Assembly: GCA_030390025.1 (NCBI GenBank)
Contig: CM059427.1
Location: forward strand, 186,496,001-186,560,000
Source of the DNA: Squalus acanthias
Taxonomy: Eukaryota
DNA length: 64,000 nucleotides
Reading direction: 5' to 3'
This document shows positions 1 to 11,680 of this stretch, piece by piece. A program made the translations under genes and the position numbers. Below the pieces are notes generated by a model. That model was not told where the DNA came from and did no database searches. It was given only the letters and a program-made list of their open reading frames with translations. Numbering within the stretch: position 1 is the stretch's first letter; every line of letters starts with the position of its first letter.

Positions 1-54
1 TGTGTGTGAAGACACAGCAAGAGGTGGAGGGGCTTAGGAAGGGAGTTCCAGAGG

Positions 55-600
55 TTAGGGTGGAGGGGAGATTGGAGCCATCGGGTGTGGGGGGATTGAG
101 ATCGAAGGCCGGAGGGGAGATTGGAAGGGTCGTGGGGAGATCGGAGGCCGCAGGGGGTGAGTGCAGAGAAGGGATGGATGGATTGGAAAGACCGGGGTGA
201 TGAAGGTGAGATCGGGAGGGTTGGGTCGGTGGGAGATCGTGGATTGGGGGTGTGCCCGATCAGGGAGCAGGTAAGCTGGATCCAGCAGGCAATTGGAAAG
301 GCACTTACCTGCTGGATCCAGCAGTCCTCGCCTCCCTTTAGCTGTCGGGTTTCTTGAGGTCCGGGAAACCCGGCCGGCCAGGGTTCAATTTAAAATGGAG
401 ATTAAATCTGAGGCAAGCCGCCTCATTATAATATTTAAATGACCAACCCACCTCCTGGGAGTGGGTTGGTTGTCCTGTCCCCCGTCCCACCATCGTTAAA
501 ACCGGAAGTGGGCGGGGTGGGGTAGGGTTTGTGATTTTTAACATGTTAACATCCCACCCGACCCAAACCCACCCATTTTAGGGGGTTTAAAATTACCCCC
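55..600. mobile_element. Non-autonomous DNA-transposon (MITE-like) fragment
   Basis: Absent from the paralogous intron of B. The core gctggatccagcag..gcacttacct..ctggatccagcagtcctc recurs at ~62640-62740. Ends aaaattaccccc. Confidence 0.55.
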
Positions 601-980
601 TTCAACTTTGTGCAACAGTACGCCAACTGTGTGAGATGTAAAACGTGCTGCCAATTCGCGATCGATCATTTTACACTATCGCACAAAGCCAAATTACCCC
701 CATGTTTCTGTAAGACAGCATCAGGATTGCTCCCTGGACAATAAGGAAAGGAATCCCAACATACCAATTTTTTCAGCTGCCAAGTTGTATTGCAGCAACA
801 ATTAAAACAACTCTGGGTTAGTCTTACTGAGAAAATTTGAAGAAAAGAAAGAAAGAAAGGAAGAAAGAAAAAAGAATATGCAGAAAATGCGCAGGAGTGA
901 AGTCTGTGCAAAATGTTAAATACAGAAGGAGACAGATGTTCACTGTGAAAAAACCTGCCAGTTGCCACCAACTCAAACAA

Positions 981-1278
981 TCGCGTCTCTCAGGATAGGA
1001 GGTCGGACATTTAGGACTGAGATGAGGAGAAATTTCTTCACTCAGAGGGTGGTGAACCTGTGGAATTCTCTACCACAGGAGGCTGTGGAGGCCAAGTCAC
1101 TGAATATATTTAAGAAGGAGATAGCTAGATTTCTAGACACAAAAGGCATCAAGGGGTATGGGGAGAGAGCGGGAATATGGTATTGAGATAGAGGATCAGC
1201 CATGATCATATTGCATGGCAGAGCAGACTCGAAGGGCCGAATGGCCTACTCCTGCTCCTATTTTTCTATGTTTCTATG
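981..1278 (+). mobile_element. CR1 LINE 3' fragment
   Basis: FRTEMRRNFFTQRVVNLWNSLP C-terminus and CR1 3'UTR (gggccgaatggcctactcctgctcct..ttctatg repeats); absent at the paralogous site in B. Confidence 0.9.
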
Positions 1279-1537
1279 TCCTTGCTTTAAGGATTATGTT
1301 AAAGTGAGACAGGCCCATGGAGCAGACGTGTGCCCATTTCACATGGGGGAGGCGAGCACTGGAGGCAGAATTTTGCCAAAATTCTTGAAATTCTGCATGG
1401 GATCTTCTTTGAACATTGATTCCAGGTAAATGAGGATTGCACTCGCCTGAAGGAAACCATATTTAAACCATTGCAAAATTGCTCTGTGCAAAATGTAGTT
1501 CTATGCAGCCTGCAGCCGCCACCAGCGGAACTCCATG

Positions 1538-2357
1538 GGGGCGGGTAAGGAGGCTGGACTGCCAGGAAAATGGCAGAATCTGGGGGCGGGTACACATCCC
1601 GCCCCCAACCCGCCTCCGTGCCATCTTCCCAGGAGGCGGGTAACCGACCCGCGCTGGGAGCCGCCTCCCCGAGGCGGGAAGGGGATTAGTGCCAATTAAC
1701 TGCCTGTTAACAGGTAGTTAACAGACAGTTTTTTTGAGCATCCCTATGTTCAGCCCTGAAGTGTGGGCTTCCCGACAGCTCCGAACCACACCAGGGCCAG
1801 CGAGGCGGGCCGTCGGTCTGCGGGGGTTGGAGGGGTCGAGATGTCTGGTGTGCAGGTGAGTGATGGGTGCAAGTGTGGAGAGATGAATGTGTGAGGTGAA
1901 TGTAAAGTGTTTTAATAAGTTTTACTTACCTTTACTTCTTCCTGCAGGCTTCATCCCTTCAGGTCTCGGGAGTCCCTCATCTCACCGGCACAGAAAGCAG
2001 AATGGCCACTGAACTGTCAAAAGCTGCAGCCTTCTGCTTTCTGCTCAGGAGAGATCAAGTGAGCCTGAGTGGAAGGGCTCAACTTAGAGGACAGATTGTC
2101 AGTGTTTGACAGCTTCACAGAGCCGTCAAACGCTGACATTTCATCTGTCAAAAGCTCTTGACAGATGAAACGTCACTCGCTGACGTCACCAGTAACCAGC
2201 TTTCCCTTAATTGGCCTACTAAGCCCGCTGGGCGGGCTTAACAAGGTCAATCAAGGGAAAATAGCATGGATTGGCCACAAATCGATGGAGGCGGGGCTAA
2301 AACCCGACAAGTTGGAGTCCCTCCTCCAAAAGCTCCCCAGTGAGAAAAAACAGCCCC
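1538..2357. mobile_element. Non-autonomous element (Harbinger-type MITE likely)
   Basis: Interrupts ctccatg/ttgctgg, which is contiguous in paralog B (~45955). Ends aaaaaacagccc. Internal TGACAG/CTGTCA inverted motifs. Confidence 0.6.
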
Positions 2358-2668
2358 ATGTTGCTGGCCGAGCCTCAGAATATTGGGCCTGTGATGTCAT
2401 GGAGTTGCCCAGGGCACAAAAATCTCATCATACTAAAAATCAAAAAGGTTTCATTTTTATAAATGTCTGTTGTCTTTTGGGATTTCAAGTCGCCCAAGTT
2501 GTACAATTTTTAAACAGTTCATAACTTTGACAAAAACGTGATGAAATGAAGTTATGACGATCAAAATGCAAAATAGCTTTATACAATTGTGGCCAATAAT
2601 TATTCTGGCTTTTCTCTGACCTCAGCAACTGGAAAATTCTAACACGTTGTTCTCTGTCTCTATCGCAG

Positions 2669-3010
2669 ATTCATATGAGAAGAGTTACACACTTTATCGA
2701 TCAGGCACAGATCACAGTGAACTCGACCTGATTTGCTATAATGTTTATGCTCCTTTGAACACTGCTGCATGGACCTGGAGGTCACGTCATCTTCAAAATC
2801 AGGAGGAAGAAATAGCATCTGTTTCAAAATCTCAGCTCATCAATGTAAACAGGACCTACTTTGGGAGTCGACTGGTGCCCACAGAGACAAAGTTTAATGG
2901 CAAGAACTTCAGTGTGAGGATTGTCCCTGTGCTGTTTGAAGATGCAGGAGTTTACACATGTTCTCTGGAATCATATAAAAGGGTGACCATTAAACTAATC
3001 ACAGTTAAAG
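2669..3010 (+). CDS. Paralog A exon: V-type Ig domain (D3)
   Basis: Acceptor tatcgcag|AT, donor G|gtagg, 342 nt, phase 1-1. Encodes LDLICY..AAWTW..NFSVRI..EDAGVYTC, with canonical B-strand Cys, C-strand Trp and DxGxYxC. Confidence 0.93.
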
Positions 3011-6000
3011 GTAGGAGACAGAATGTTGTCGTTATTTTCAGTGATCAAGTCATTGTTTAAAATCTAAATGATTTTCTTGTTTACACAGTCACAGCTGAAC
3101 CATCTGATGCAGTGACTGAGGGAGACACCGTTACCCTGACCTGCTCTGTCTCTGATGTCACTGGATCAATGAGACTAGCTTGGATCAGTACTGATGGCAA
3201 AACTGTTGGAGAAAAAACATTGAATGGATTGAATGGGGAAGAGAAATCATTGAGACTGATTATTCCGAAAGCTGACAGAGGCAGAGGGAAATGGAAATGT
3301 GCTTTGTTTCATCAAAACAGTCCCCGGGTTTTAGTCCCGTACTATCTGGAGCCCAGTGGTAAGTGACACAGGGTTTGCTCTTTATACTTATAAACTTGAT
3401 AGAAAATTCTTATCACTTATTGTTCTTGTTGCCCGAAGTAGCCCCTCATTTAATTGTAGTGTAATTAGTAGCATTGATTTGATTTAATTTAATTTAAATT
3501 AATTAAAGTGTAAGTCATGGCAGCACAGCTCGGCCCCGTGGTATGCTCCTCCTGCACTATGTGGGAAATCAGGGACACTTCCTGTGTCCCTGACGACCAG
3601 GTGTCTGGGAAGTGTATCCAGCTGCAGCTACTGGCAGATCGCATTGTGGCGCTGGAGCTGCGAATGGATACATACTGGAGCATTCGCGATGCTGAGGACC
3701 GTCATGGATAGCACGTTTAATCAGTTGGTCACACCACAGGTAAAGGCTGCACAGGCAGGAAGGGAATGGGTGACCGCCAGGAAGAGTAGTAGGCACAGGC
3801 AGGTAGTTCAGGGGGTCCCCTGTGGCCATCCCCCTCTCAAACAGATATACCGCTTTGGATATTGTTGAGGGAGATGGCTTATCGGGGGAAGGCAGCAGCA
3901 GCCAACTTCCTGGCACCATGGGTGGTTCTGCTGCACAGGATGGGAGGAAAAAGAGCGGGAGAGCTATAATGATAGGGGATTCTATTGTAAGGGGAATAGA
4001 TAGGCGTTTCTGCGGCCGCAAACGAGACTCCAGGATGGTATGTTGCCTCACTGGTGCAAGGGTCAAGGATGTCTCGGAGCGGCTGCAGGGCATTCTGGAG
4101 AGAGAGGGTGAACAGCCAGTTGTCGTGGTGCATATAGGTACCAACGATATAGGTAAAAAACGGGATGAGGTCCAAAAAGCTGAATATAGGGAGTTAGGAG
4201 GTAAATTAAAAAATAGGACCTCAAAGGTAGTAATCTCTGACGTGCTAGTCAGAGTAGAAATAGAAGGATATTTCAGATAAATACGTGGCTAGAGAATGGT
4301 GCAAGGGGGAGGGATTCAAATTCCTGGGACATTGGAACCGGTTCTGGGGGAGGTGGGACCAGTACAAACTGGACGGTTTGCACCTGGGCAGGACCGGAAC
4401 TGATGTCCAAGGGGGAGTGTTTGCTAGTGCTGTTGGGGAGGGTTTAAACTAAAATGGCAGGGGGTTGGTAACCTGTGCAGGGAAACAGAGGAAAAGGGAA
4501 ACAAGGATAGAAGCAAAAGACAGGAAGGAGAAAAGCAAAAGTGGAAGGCAGAGAAATCAAGGGTGTAAATCAAACATGGCCACAGTAAACAATAATCCAA
4601 ACTTCAGGCTCAGAGAAACTCATCTTCTCTGCCTGTCTCAGCTGATCCTGGAAACATTGGAGCCTCATCACTCTCATTCTAACTGAGGGCTCGTGCATTG
4701 TGAGCGCAAGAGCAGGAAACTCGAGGCTCTGGGTGGCCTCCTGAAACAGGCTTTAGGCGTCTTGTACATGCAATTCTGGGTCCTTATGCCAACTGGAGGA
4801 CCCCGATTGAAATTGGTGTACAGATGGGCGGAGCTTATGCTGGGCCAGCTCCAGCTCACTGTACCAGGTTTTGAGTGGATGAACCACTGGTGTTTAACAG
4901 GACCGTTGGAGGCCGCTCAAGAAATGGCCAGAAAACCTTTTAACAGTTACATTTCTGTGGAGCCAGGCGGAGATGGAGTCCTTCTCCTGGCTCCACAATA
5001 ATACTGCGGCCTGGGTTCGACCTCCACACAAGCTCACAGGTTTGGCTCCCCAAAGGACCTACCTGTGGGCTGGTTCAGCATCGAAGCTGGCTGGAATTCA
5101 TCAGGCCCCCACTGGGACACAACAATTGGCGTCTGCGTATCGTCTGTTTCATTCTAATGAGGGCTGATGGTGAATTTCATCTGGCCCCAGGCCGGCAGAG
5201 ACCGGCGCTCAAAACAATCACTTCACCAACTTGATGCCCATTTTGGGCGCAAGTTCAATTTCTCAGACTTGGAACCTGCAGATTTAAAAGCAGAGGAATG
5301 AAAGGGGACCTTAAAGAGCTTTATAAGATAATGAATGGAACAGAAAATATTGGTCTGGAGGAAAATCTCTGGACTGGTATAAGAGGCAGTTGGAGACTGT
5401 GATGATGAGACTGTGAGATTACATCGAAGGATTAGCTGGAGGAACCGACTATCTTCTCTCATCCCTTGTCTTTATTTATCCTCATAATAATAAGGTTGAG
5501 TCCACGAGGGTGCTGCCAGAAAATGAAAAGCGAAGGTGTAGTGTTAGGAGATTTAAATCAGTCAGAAAATATTAAAAGGAGGAAAAAGCATCAGTGGTAC
5601 ATGGCTGAAATAAAGAACAGAGGGAAAAGAAACAAAAAGAAGCATCAGCTATACTAGCTTAAAAAACTCACAGGATTGAAGGAAGCAAAAACCAGTTAGA
5701 CCGTTAAACTCACTGTGAATGCAGCTCTATCACCAACGTTATTTGGGCCGGATTCTCACACAGGTCTTGTGATTCACTGAGCAGTGGGAATTCCTACAGA
5801 GTATCCGTGATCGGCCCCAGACAGCAATTCACCAGCTCAACAGCACCTGTCCACGCACTGAGTGTTAATAATAGGCTCAGCAATATTACAAGGCAAGGTT
5901 TCACACCGAGCAGCACAGTGCGTGGATCCTGCGTTAGCTCCCACACTAGAAACCCCGCCAGAGGAACTTGGGGTCGATGTGAACTATCGGGTGTCTGACC

Positions 6001-9000
6001 GGCGGAGCGGGAGGGCGATGGACGGCCGCCCGATGGTGCTGACGGCAGGCCCAGTCCATGTTGACGGACGGGCCTCATTAGCATCACGCCGGCAGGCCTT
6101 GGGCAGAAATCGATGGGCCGACCGCCTGACTCCACCCGGCCAGCGCTAGGCCCGGGAGAAGATTGCCGCGGCAACAGTGACTGCAGGAATGGGGGGAAGG
6201 GGGACTGAGCCATTCCTGGCCATTTTCCGGGACATTATTATCCTGATTCCACCAGCCGGGAGGCCTCAAAATTCAACCACTCACTCCCTGAACAGTGGGA
6301 TTATTGGTAATTGAATACAATAGTACATTGAGGCTTGCAAACCAGATATTCGAGAAGACAATTACATTGATATGGAGAGTAAACTAAAGACAAATGATTA
6401 GGGGATAGCATGGTAGATCACATTCAATGTTCTGTTTAATAGTTTAAAATTAGGTTTGATAATCTTGACCATGATCAATGCCATGGGAGATGACCCAGTC
6501 CATCATAATTATACTGGAAGTCTGTCTACTGATGAAATTGTCCATTTAGCCTCATCTAGTGTTAAAATATTATATTAATTAAGAATTTGAAATAAAATAT
6601 TAAATTAAATGTACCATAGATAAACATTACAACAGCACACAATACTTTCAAAAACATGCATGGTAGCACTGTTAAACATTAAGGGGGAGAAATTCAGTAT
6701 CGCCCCATTTGGGGCACAATTATCAGCCGGGCGCAAAGATTAGCGCCTGGCACTAATTATCGCCTCCTACTGCAAACTTCACTTTTATCGCCCCTGGAGG
6801 TGATTGGAGCGCTAAATCAGGCGCTTCACACCTGTCTTAAGGTGCAAAGGCCAAGGAGCGAGGCGCTACCTCAGAGCGCTGGCGAAGCTCATGTGATGTC
6901 AGTCAGCAATGGAACACACACACAATGGCGCCAGCCAGTTCTGAAAGGGGAGGGTTGATCTTGCTTTCCATCCACATCCTGCTCATTGCAGCCTTGAATC
7001 TCGGCCTGGAGAGACCTGTACATCAAATCTGTTGGAAAGAACAATGGAGAGTAACAGGGAAAGAGCTCAGAGTGCAGCCCCAACAGTCTCTTCTAAATCG
7101 ATACAAGGAAGGGCAAATCAAAATGAACCTGCAAAGTGCTGCTCAGTACCCAAAACTCCTTCACACAGCGTTGAATCTCTCCAGAAGTCTCTCTCTCTCT
7201 TTCTCAGAATGCGTGGTTCAAAAATGTCACCAACAATAAAAGGCAGGAAGCGGTCACCTTTAAACAGCACTCCCCCAGTCCCTTCCTGACTGCAAAACGC
7301 TCCCCTCAACCTGTTGTTGCTAGCGGAAGGTGGTAAGGCAGGGGGCGCCACTCAATATCCGCTCCGGGGCGCTACCGGGGCGTTGCGCACTCGACTGACG
7401 TCACGATCTGCCGGCGCAGGAGATCGTGGCGGAAGTGTTTAGCGCCGCCGCAAAATGTCTAGTTAATTTCGCGAGCGGCGCAAACATCACCGCGCCCGGG
7501 CGCTAGTTGCTTTGCACCCCATTAGCGTCCTCTTAAGGCGCTAATGGGAGGCGCAACCAACTGAATTTTTCCCCCTAATAGTTTCAACAAAATTGCACTT
7601 TGTCAAAATAGGTGTTTTTTAAGTGAATGCCAGTTGCAGATCTGTGGCTGTCTCACACCTTGATGGTTAATGTCTCTCCAGACAGCACAGCCGAGATTGG
7701 GAAATCGCCACCTGGGGAATCTCAGGTGTGAATCTGTATTCTGCCACTCTGGTCAGGACAACACTTTCACATCCAGTTTATGCCAGTTTAGAAAATGAAT
7801 GACCCAATTTTGAGTTTATTCACTCCCTTTTCATTCCCTCAGAGCTGCTCACTTTAATTCTAAACCATTGCACCCACAAGAATCTGTTGAAAATAGTCAA
7901 ATCCAGACATGTAAAATGTGACAAAAAGAACACAACGTGGACTTGGTCTTGATGGAAATATTTGGTTCTCTGGCTCCCAGTGTTTAAAGCAGAATGTTGT
8001 CACTTTCCACATCTTTTATAGAATGACTGGCAGGAGTATTTAAATATTAAACGAGATGGAGAGTGAAACTAAAATCTCAACTTTGTCCTTCACAGTGAGA
8101 CCACTTCCGGAGATTTGGATCATCACAGTTTTGGGCTACTTGTTGGTTAAACTGGGCGTTGCTGTTGGACTAATTTGCTGCTTGAAGAGGATGACCAGAG
8201 TAAGAATTTCTTTAAGCTTTCCAGTAAATCAGGAATAAGTGCCGAGCTGTCACTTGGCTCTGAGAAAACTGATGTTTGTTGAACAGATATTATGTGGTCA
8301 CAAACTGTATTTTAAAATTTCATTTAAATATTGTACATTGTACTGAATTTAAAGGAATCATCAGTTAAAGAAAGCAATTGTTCCAAATTTGCTGAAATCT
8401 TAGAGCTTTGAATATTTTTCCTGATTCAAACAGCAATAACTTCCCTGCTCCCACTTTCCATCAGGCTCTGAGGAAGGAATCAGGGCGATCTCGGAGGGCC
8501 ATACCTGATTATCAATGAATGGACAATGCTCAAACTAGGAGCCCAATCTTTTAATATTTTTCATTGATTATCACAAATATTCCTCTTGGAAATTAGTAAC
8601 TTGAAAGTTGTCAGAAACCAATATTTGAACAGTTAAAGCACAAACAGTAAAAATTACAATAAAAGGAAATTACTAATGTATTTGGTGACAATTAATGAGG
8701 GCGATCATTTTAATGTGTGCTGTTATTCTTGTTGCTGTGACCTGGTGGCGCTAGAGAGCTGCAGTAGTGTTGGGGCCTAGAAATTAATTTGTCGCTCTAT
8801 AAACCACTTCCTCTGTGGCAGGTTTGGTTCACCTGATTTACTAAAAGGCAAATCTCAGTCGATTCAACAGCCAAGTTTCTGTTTCGGAGAGCCCTGTCGT
8901 GTTTATGTTCGAGGAAGGAGTGTTTCAAGGCTGTGTGCTTCTGGGTGAAGCGAGGCGTTGTAGAATGGGAACTATTGGGGTGAGAGGCACAGAAATGTGG

Positions 9001-10173
9001 TAACTAGTGGAAAGTTTGAACTTACATGAAGGATGTGAGGTAATCTGTATTGTTCAGGATGTTTACAGAGAATTACATAGAATTTACAGCACAGAAACAG
9101 ACATTCGGCCCAGCAGGACGGTGTCGGTGTTTATGCTCCACACGAGCCTCCTCCCACCCTACTTCATCTCACCCTATCGACATATCCTTCTATTCCTTTC
9201 TCCCTCATGTACTTATCCAGCTTCCCCTTAAATGAATCTGTGCTATTCGCCTAAAACACTGCATATGGTTGTGAGTTCCAGCGAGGAAGGAATAGGGAAA
9301 TCTCTGAGGGCCAAACCTGATTATCAATGAATGAAATAAAAACAGAACATTAATGAACATTGCTCACACTAGGAGCCCAATATTCTAGTTTTAAAATTTT
9401 TCATTTAATTTACTATTGCAAATATTCCTCTTGGAAATTGGAAGTTAGTAACTTGATTTTCGTCAGAAACCAATATTATTTGAACAGATGTTTGAAAAAG
9501 CACAACCAGTAAAAATACAATAAACTGAACAGTACGACCTGTATTTAGTGAAAATTAATGATTATGTTAAACTTTACATCAGATCACAGCTCAGGGAGGT
9601 AATAAAAGAGACAGAATCAGTAGCTTTAGTAGGAGAGCATTGTTCTGTCAGAAGCAGAGTTGTCAGTTCAAGGAGGTAACTTTACTGGTGAGGTCAGTCA
9701 ACCACAGGGAGAACCTCTTCGAAATGTGGTCACACTATGGCCATGAACTTCGAGCTCAATGGTGTGACCTTATTTTACATTCATACATTCATTGTAGGAA
9801 ATATCTTCCGCAATATCTTCTATCAGTAACTGGACTTAGTTAATCATTTTAATCAGGTCTGTTCCTTCCAATTACTGAAGTCTTTAATTGTTGAAATTAT
9901 CTCATTAACACTGAGCCAGTGATGTGTGGGTCATGGTCTGTTCTGTTGCCCATTCTGTAAAATTACTCCTCTATTCGACTTCCTCTTTATCCATCACTTC
10001 CAGTCCAGTGTTTATTATTGAAGGATAAGCTCTTTATTTAAAGCACATTTCTTGCCTCTTGTCAGATATCGAACAGCGGGAATCCACACGATGTGACAGG
10101 AAATGAAACAGATGATTCACAAGAAGCCGTCGCATTACAGACCCTGAACTCTGATACTGATCTGAGATCATAG
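2669..10173 (+). CDS. Paralog A (3' part): CD4/LAG-3-like four-Ig-domain type I membrane receptor; exons D3, D4, TM, cytoplasmic tail (leader, D1, D2 lie upstream of the window)
   Basis: Phase-compatible GT-AG exons 2669-3010, 3089-3358 and 8096-8199, then 8465-8518 or 10066-10173. The spliced product is V-set Ig + C2-set Ig + hydrophobic TM + short tail. Intron sequence at 1-2660 is homologous to the D2-D3 intron of paralog B. Confidence 0.85.
3089..3358 (+). CDS. Paralog A exon: C2-type Ig domain (D4) with WxC motif
   Basis: Acceptor ttacacag|TC, donor G|gtaagt, 270 nt, 78-bp intron from D3. Encodes VTAEPSDAVTEGDTVTLTC..LAW..GKWKC. Confidence 0.93.
3517..4596 (+). mobile_element. CR1 LINE ORF1 fragment (Cys-motif/leucine zipper + SGNH esterase), 3' truncated
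   Basis: CSSCTMWE, IPLSNRYTAL, IGDSIVRG and VVHIGTND motifs, with frameshifts. Confidence 0.9.
5745..6280. mobile_element. GC-rich MITE-like element
   Basis: Starts gggccggattct and ends aaaattcaacc, resembling the Harbinger-type TIRs elsewhere in the window. Confidence 0.45.
6683..7575. mobile_element. PIF/Harbinger (Tourist-like) MITE, family 1
   Basis: TIRs gggggagaaattcagt / actgaatttttccccc, TSD TAA (6680-6682, 7576-7578). Related copies at 44603-45403 and 52394-52944. Confidence 0.9.
8096..8199 (+). CDS. Paralog A transmembrane exon (intramembrane Lys, juxtamembrane CC)
   Basis: Acceptor ccttcacag|TG in phase 1, matching the D4 donor; donor AGA|gtaaga in phase 0. Encodes VRPLPEIWIITVLGYLLVKLGVAVGLICCLKRMTR. 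Confidence 0.85.
8465..8518 (+). CDS. Candidate proximal terminal cytoplasmic exon of paralog A (ALRKESGRSRRAIPDYQ*)
   Basis: Polypyrimidine acceptor cccactttccatcag|GCT in phase 0, stop TGA at 8516-8518, AATAAA near 8659. Confidence 0.4.
   Translation, partial: ALRKESGRSRRAIPDYQ
8470..9560 (+). repeat. Dispersed direct duplication of ~230-280 bp (8470-8698 and 9283-9560)
   Basis: gaggaaggaat..gagggcca.acctgattatcaatgaatg..ctaggagcccaat..aaatattcctcttggaaatt..gtcagaaaccaatatt..aattaatga is present twice. Confidence 0.85.
9070..9280 (-). mobile_element. CR1-type LINE 3' fragment
   Basis: Reverse complement of a CR1 tail (acagcacagaaacagacattcggccc..acttatccagcttccccttaaatg). Confidence 0.7.
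10066..10173 (+). CDS. Candidate distal terminal cytoplasmic exon of paralog A (ISNSGNPHDVTGNETDDSQEAVALQTLNSDTDLRS*)
   Basis: Acceptor tttcttgcctcttgtcag|ATA in phase 0, 35 open codons of acidic/polar tail, AATAAA near 10846. Confidence 0.55.
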   Translation: MSNSGNPHDVTGNETDDSQEAVALQTLNSDTDLRS

Positions 10174-10228
10174 AATGACTGATACAGCACAGAAGGAGGC
10201 CATTCAGCCCATCGTGCCTGTGCCCATC
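10170..10228 (-). mobile_element. Very short CR1 3' tail insertion with candidate TSD gagatc
   Basis: atagaat..acagcacagaaggaggccattcagcccatcg matches the reverse complement of the tail at ~54290-54350; gagatc on both sides. Confidence 0.65.
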
Positions 10229-11004
10229 GAGATCTGCAGTCTCTGGAAACTAGATCGATCCAACTTGGGAAACTTTAGAAATAGATTTGTGGTTTTATTC
10301 TGGAGTTATTTTGTGGTATTTTTTATGTAGCTGGTTTAGTTTATATCCCGAAGTGTCCATTTCAATAGTTCCCAGTCTCAGTATCTGTTACTTTACTTTA
10401 CAAGTCCTAACTTGCCAGGTCGCTATAAGAAATTCTAATGGGTGGAAAATCGTGCTGATGTTGGGCTGAATTCCTGATCTCCACTCGGGGCCGGTGAGGC
10501 TCCAGGCTGGGGACACAGTTTTATAACTGTAGGGACTGACGGTGACCCAGTGCTGCAGCCCGGTGTGGAGTTTGAAGTGTTGGGACGTGGATTTGTGACT
10601 GTGGGTCCCCAGTGAGTGATCTCAGCTGGACTCTCTCTGCAGAGGAGCTGAATGGAGCTGAGCTGCTACAAATGAGAAGGATTGAAACTCGGCTCAGTAA
10701 ATATGGGCGTCTCCCCTGCACCTCCCAGCACCTGTTCACACAACGAGATCGCGGAATCTCCGGAGAAGGTTGTCTCCATGCTCCCACCCAGGGAATTGTT
10801 TGCAGCAGAGTGCGACTCAAAGATTAACAGAAAAGAAACAGCATGAATAAAAGTTGTGGAAAAGTAAATCTGCAAATTAAAGTGGGAATGATTCCGGCTT
10901 TGGGAATGTTTTATTAATTTATCCTTAACAATCATTAAAAGCCCTGATAATCAATTGTTTGCTGATATTACTGATAGATTGTGATGAAGAGATTGGTTCG
11001 GAAT

Positions 11005-11240
11005 GGAATGGGAAAGTGTTTCCTTTTGTCATTGAATCTCTCCTGCCCTCCACCCTATCACAGACCTTCCCCTTTGTTCTTTCCTCCCTCTCTTTTCTCT
11101 GGCTCTCTACTTGCTTAAAAATTGTTAAATCTCTAACATCTGCCAGTTCAGTTGAAAGGATATCGAGCTGAAACATTAACTGTGTCTCTCCACAGATGCT
11201 GCCTGTCCTGCTGAGTATATCCAGCATTTTCTATTTTTAT
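11005..11240 (+). mobile_element. Penelope-like element terminal fragment (degenerate)
   Basis: gaaacattaactgtgtctctccacagatgctgcctgtcctgctgagtatatccagcatttt is similar to the arm of the 30087-30312 element. Confidence 0.6.
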
Positions 11241-11343
11241 TCCTCTTTAGGCACGTTGCAATAATGGGGGGAGTACATTTCCCTTTTCGTTTGACTCCAT
11301 TCTTTTAAACATTTGTGGAAATGCATCCAAGGTAATGGATCTG

Positions 11344-11436
11344 TGTACATGATAAACCCCTTCGAATCCAGCACAGCTCCAGTTCTGTACATGATAAACC
11401 CCTTCGAATCCAGCACAGCTCCAGTTCTGGACATGA
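11344..11436. repeat. 42-bp tandem duplication (about 2.2 copies)
   Basis: tgtacatgataaaccccttcgaatccagcacagctccagttc at 11344 and 11386. Confidence 0.95.
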
Positions 11437-11680
11437 CAAGACGGCTCAGCAAAAGCCTGAGATTGTTCTGTGTGAAACTTTCAGGCCTTTGATCTGCTCC
11501 TCGATTTCATAATAAACCTGGACTCACTTCCCCAGATTCTGGGTCACAAATTGTTTATCAAAATGTACAGAAGTATTACAGTGAATGAAAATGAGGCCAA
11601 GAGAGATTCCCTCAACTGAAGTGAGGTGTGATCTGGTTGCTGAGTCGTCGCCTCCTAATCCAAGTTCAGAGAGTCCCTTC

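Noticed and set aside
3822-4280. Host SGNH/GDSL esterase gene (also 53243..53794)
   Set aside because: It is the esterase domain of CR1 ORF1; the second copy is followed by CR1 ORF2.
8091-8130. CACAGTG heptamer (and cacagtc at the D4 acceptors) as V(D)J recombination signals
   Set aside because: These are splice acceptors (cacag|); no ACAAAAACC-like nonamer at 12 or 23 bp, and the V exons already include their G strand.
2669-10173. Calling the gene CD4 or LAG3
   Set aside because: No CxC/CxH Lck motif or LAG-3-type inhibitory tail motif, a charged TM, no intron inside the V domains and no syntenic markers visible; the symbol is left blank.
10480-10830. Short ORFs downstream of paralog A
   Set aside because: No recognisable domain or exon structure; more simply 3'UTR ahead of the AATAAA at ~10846.
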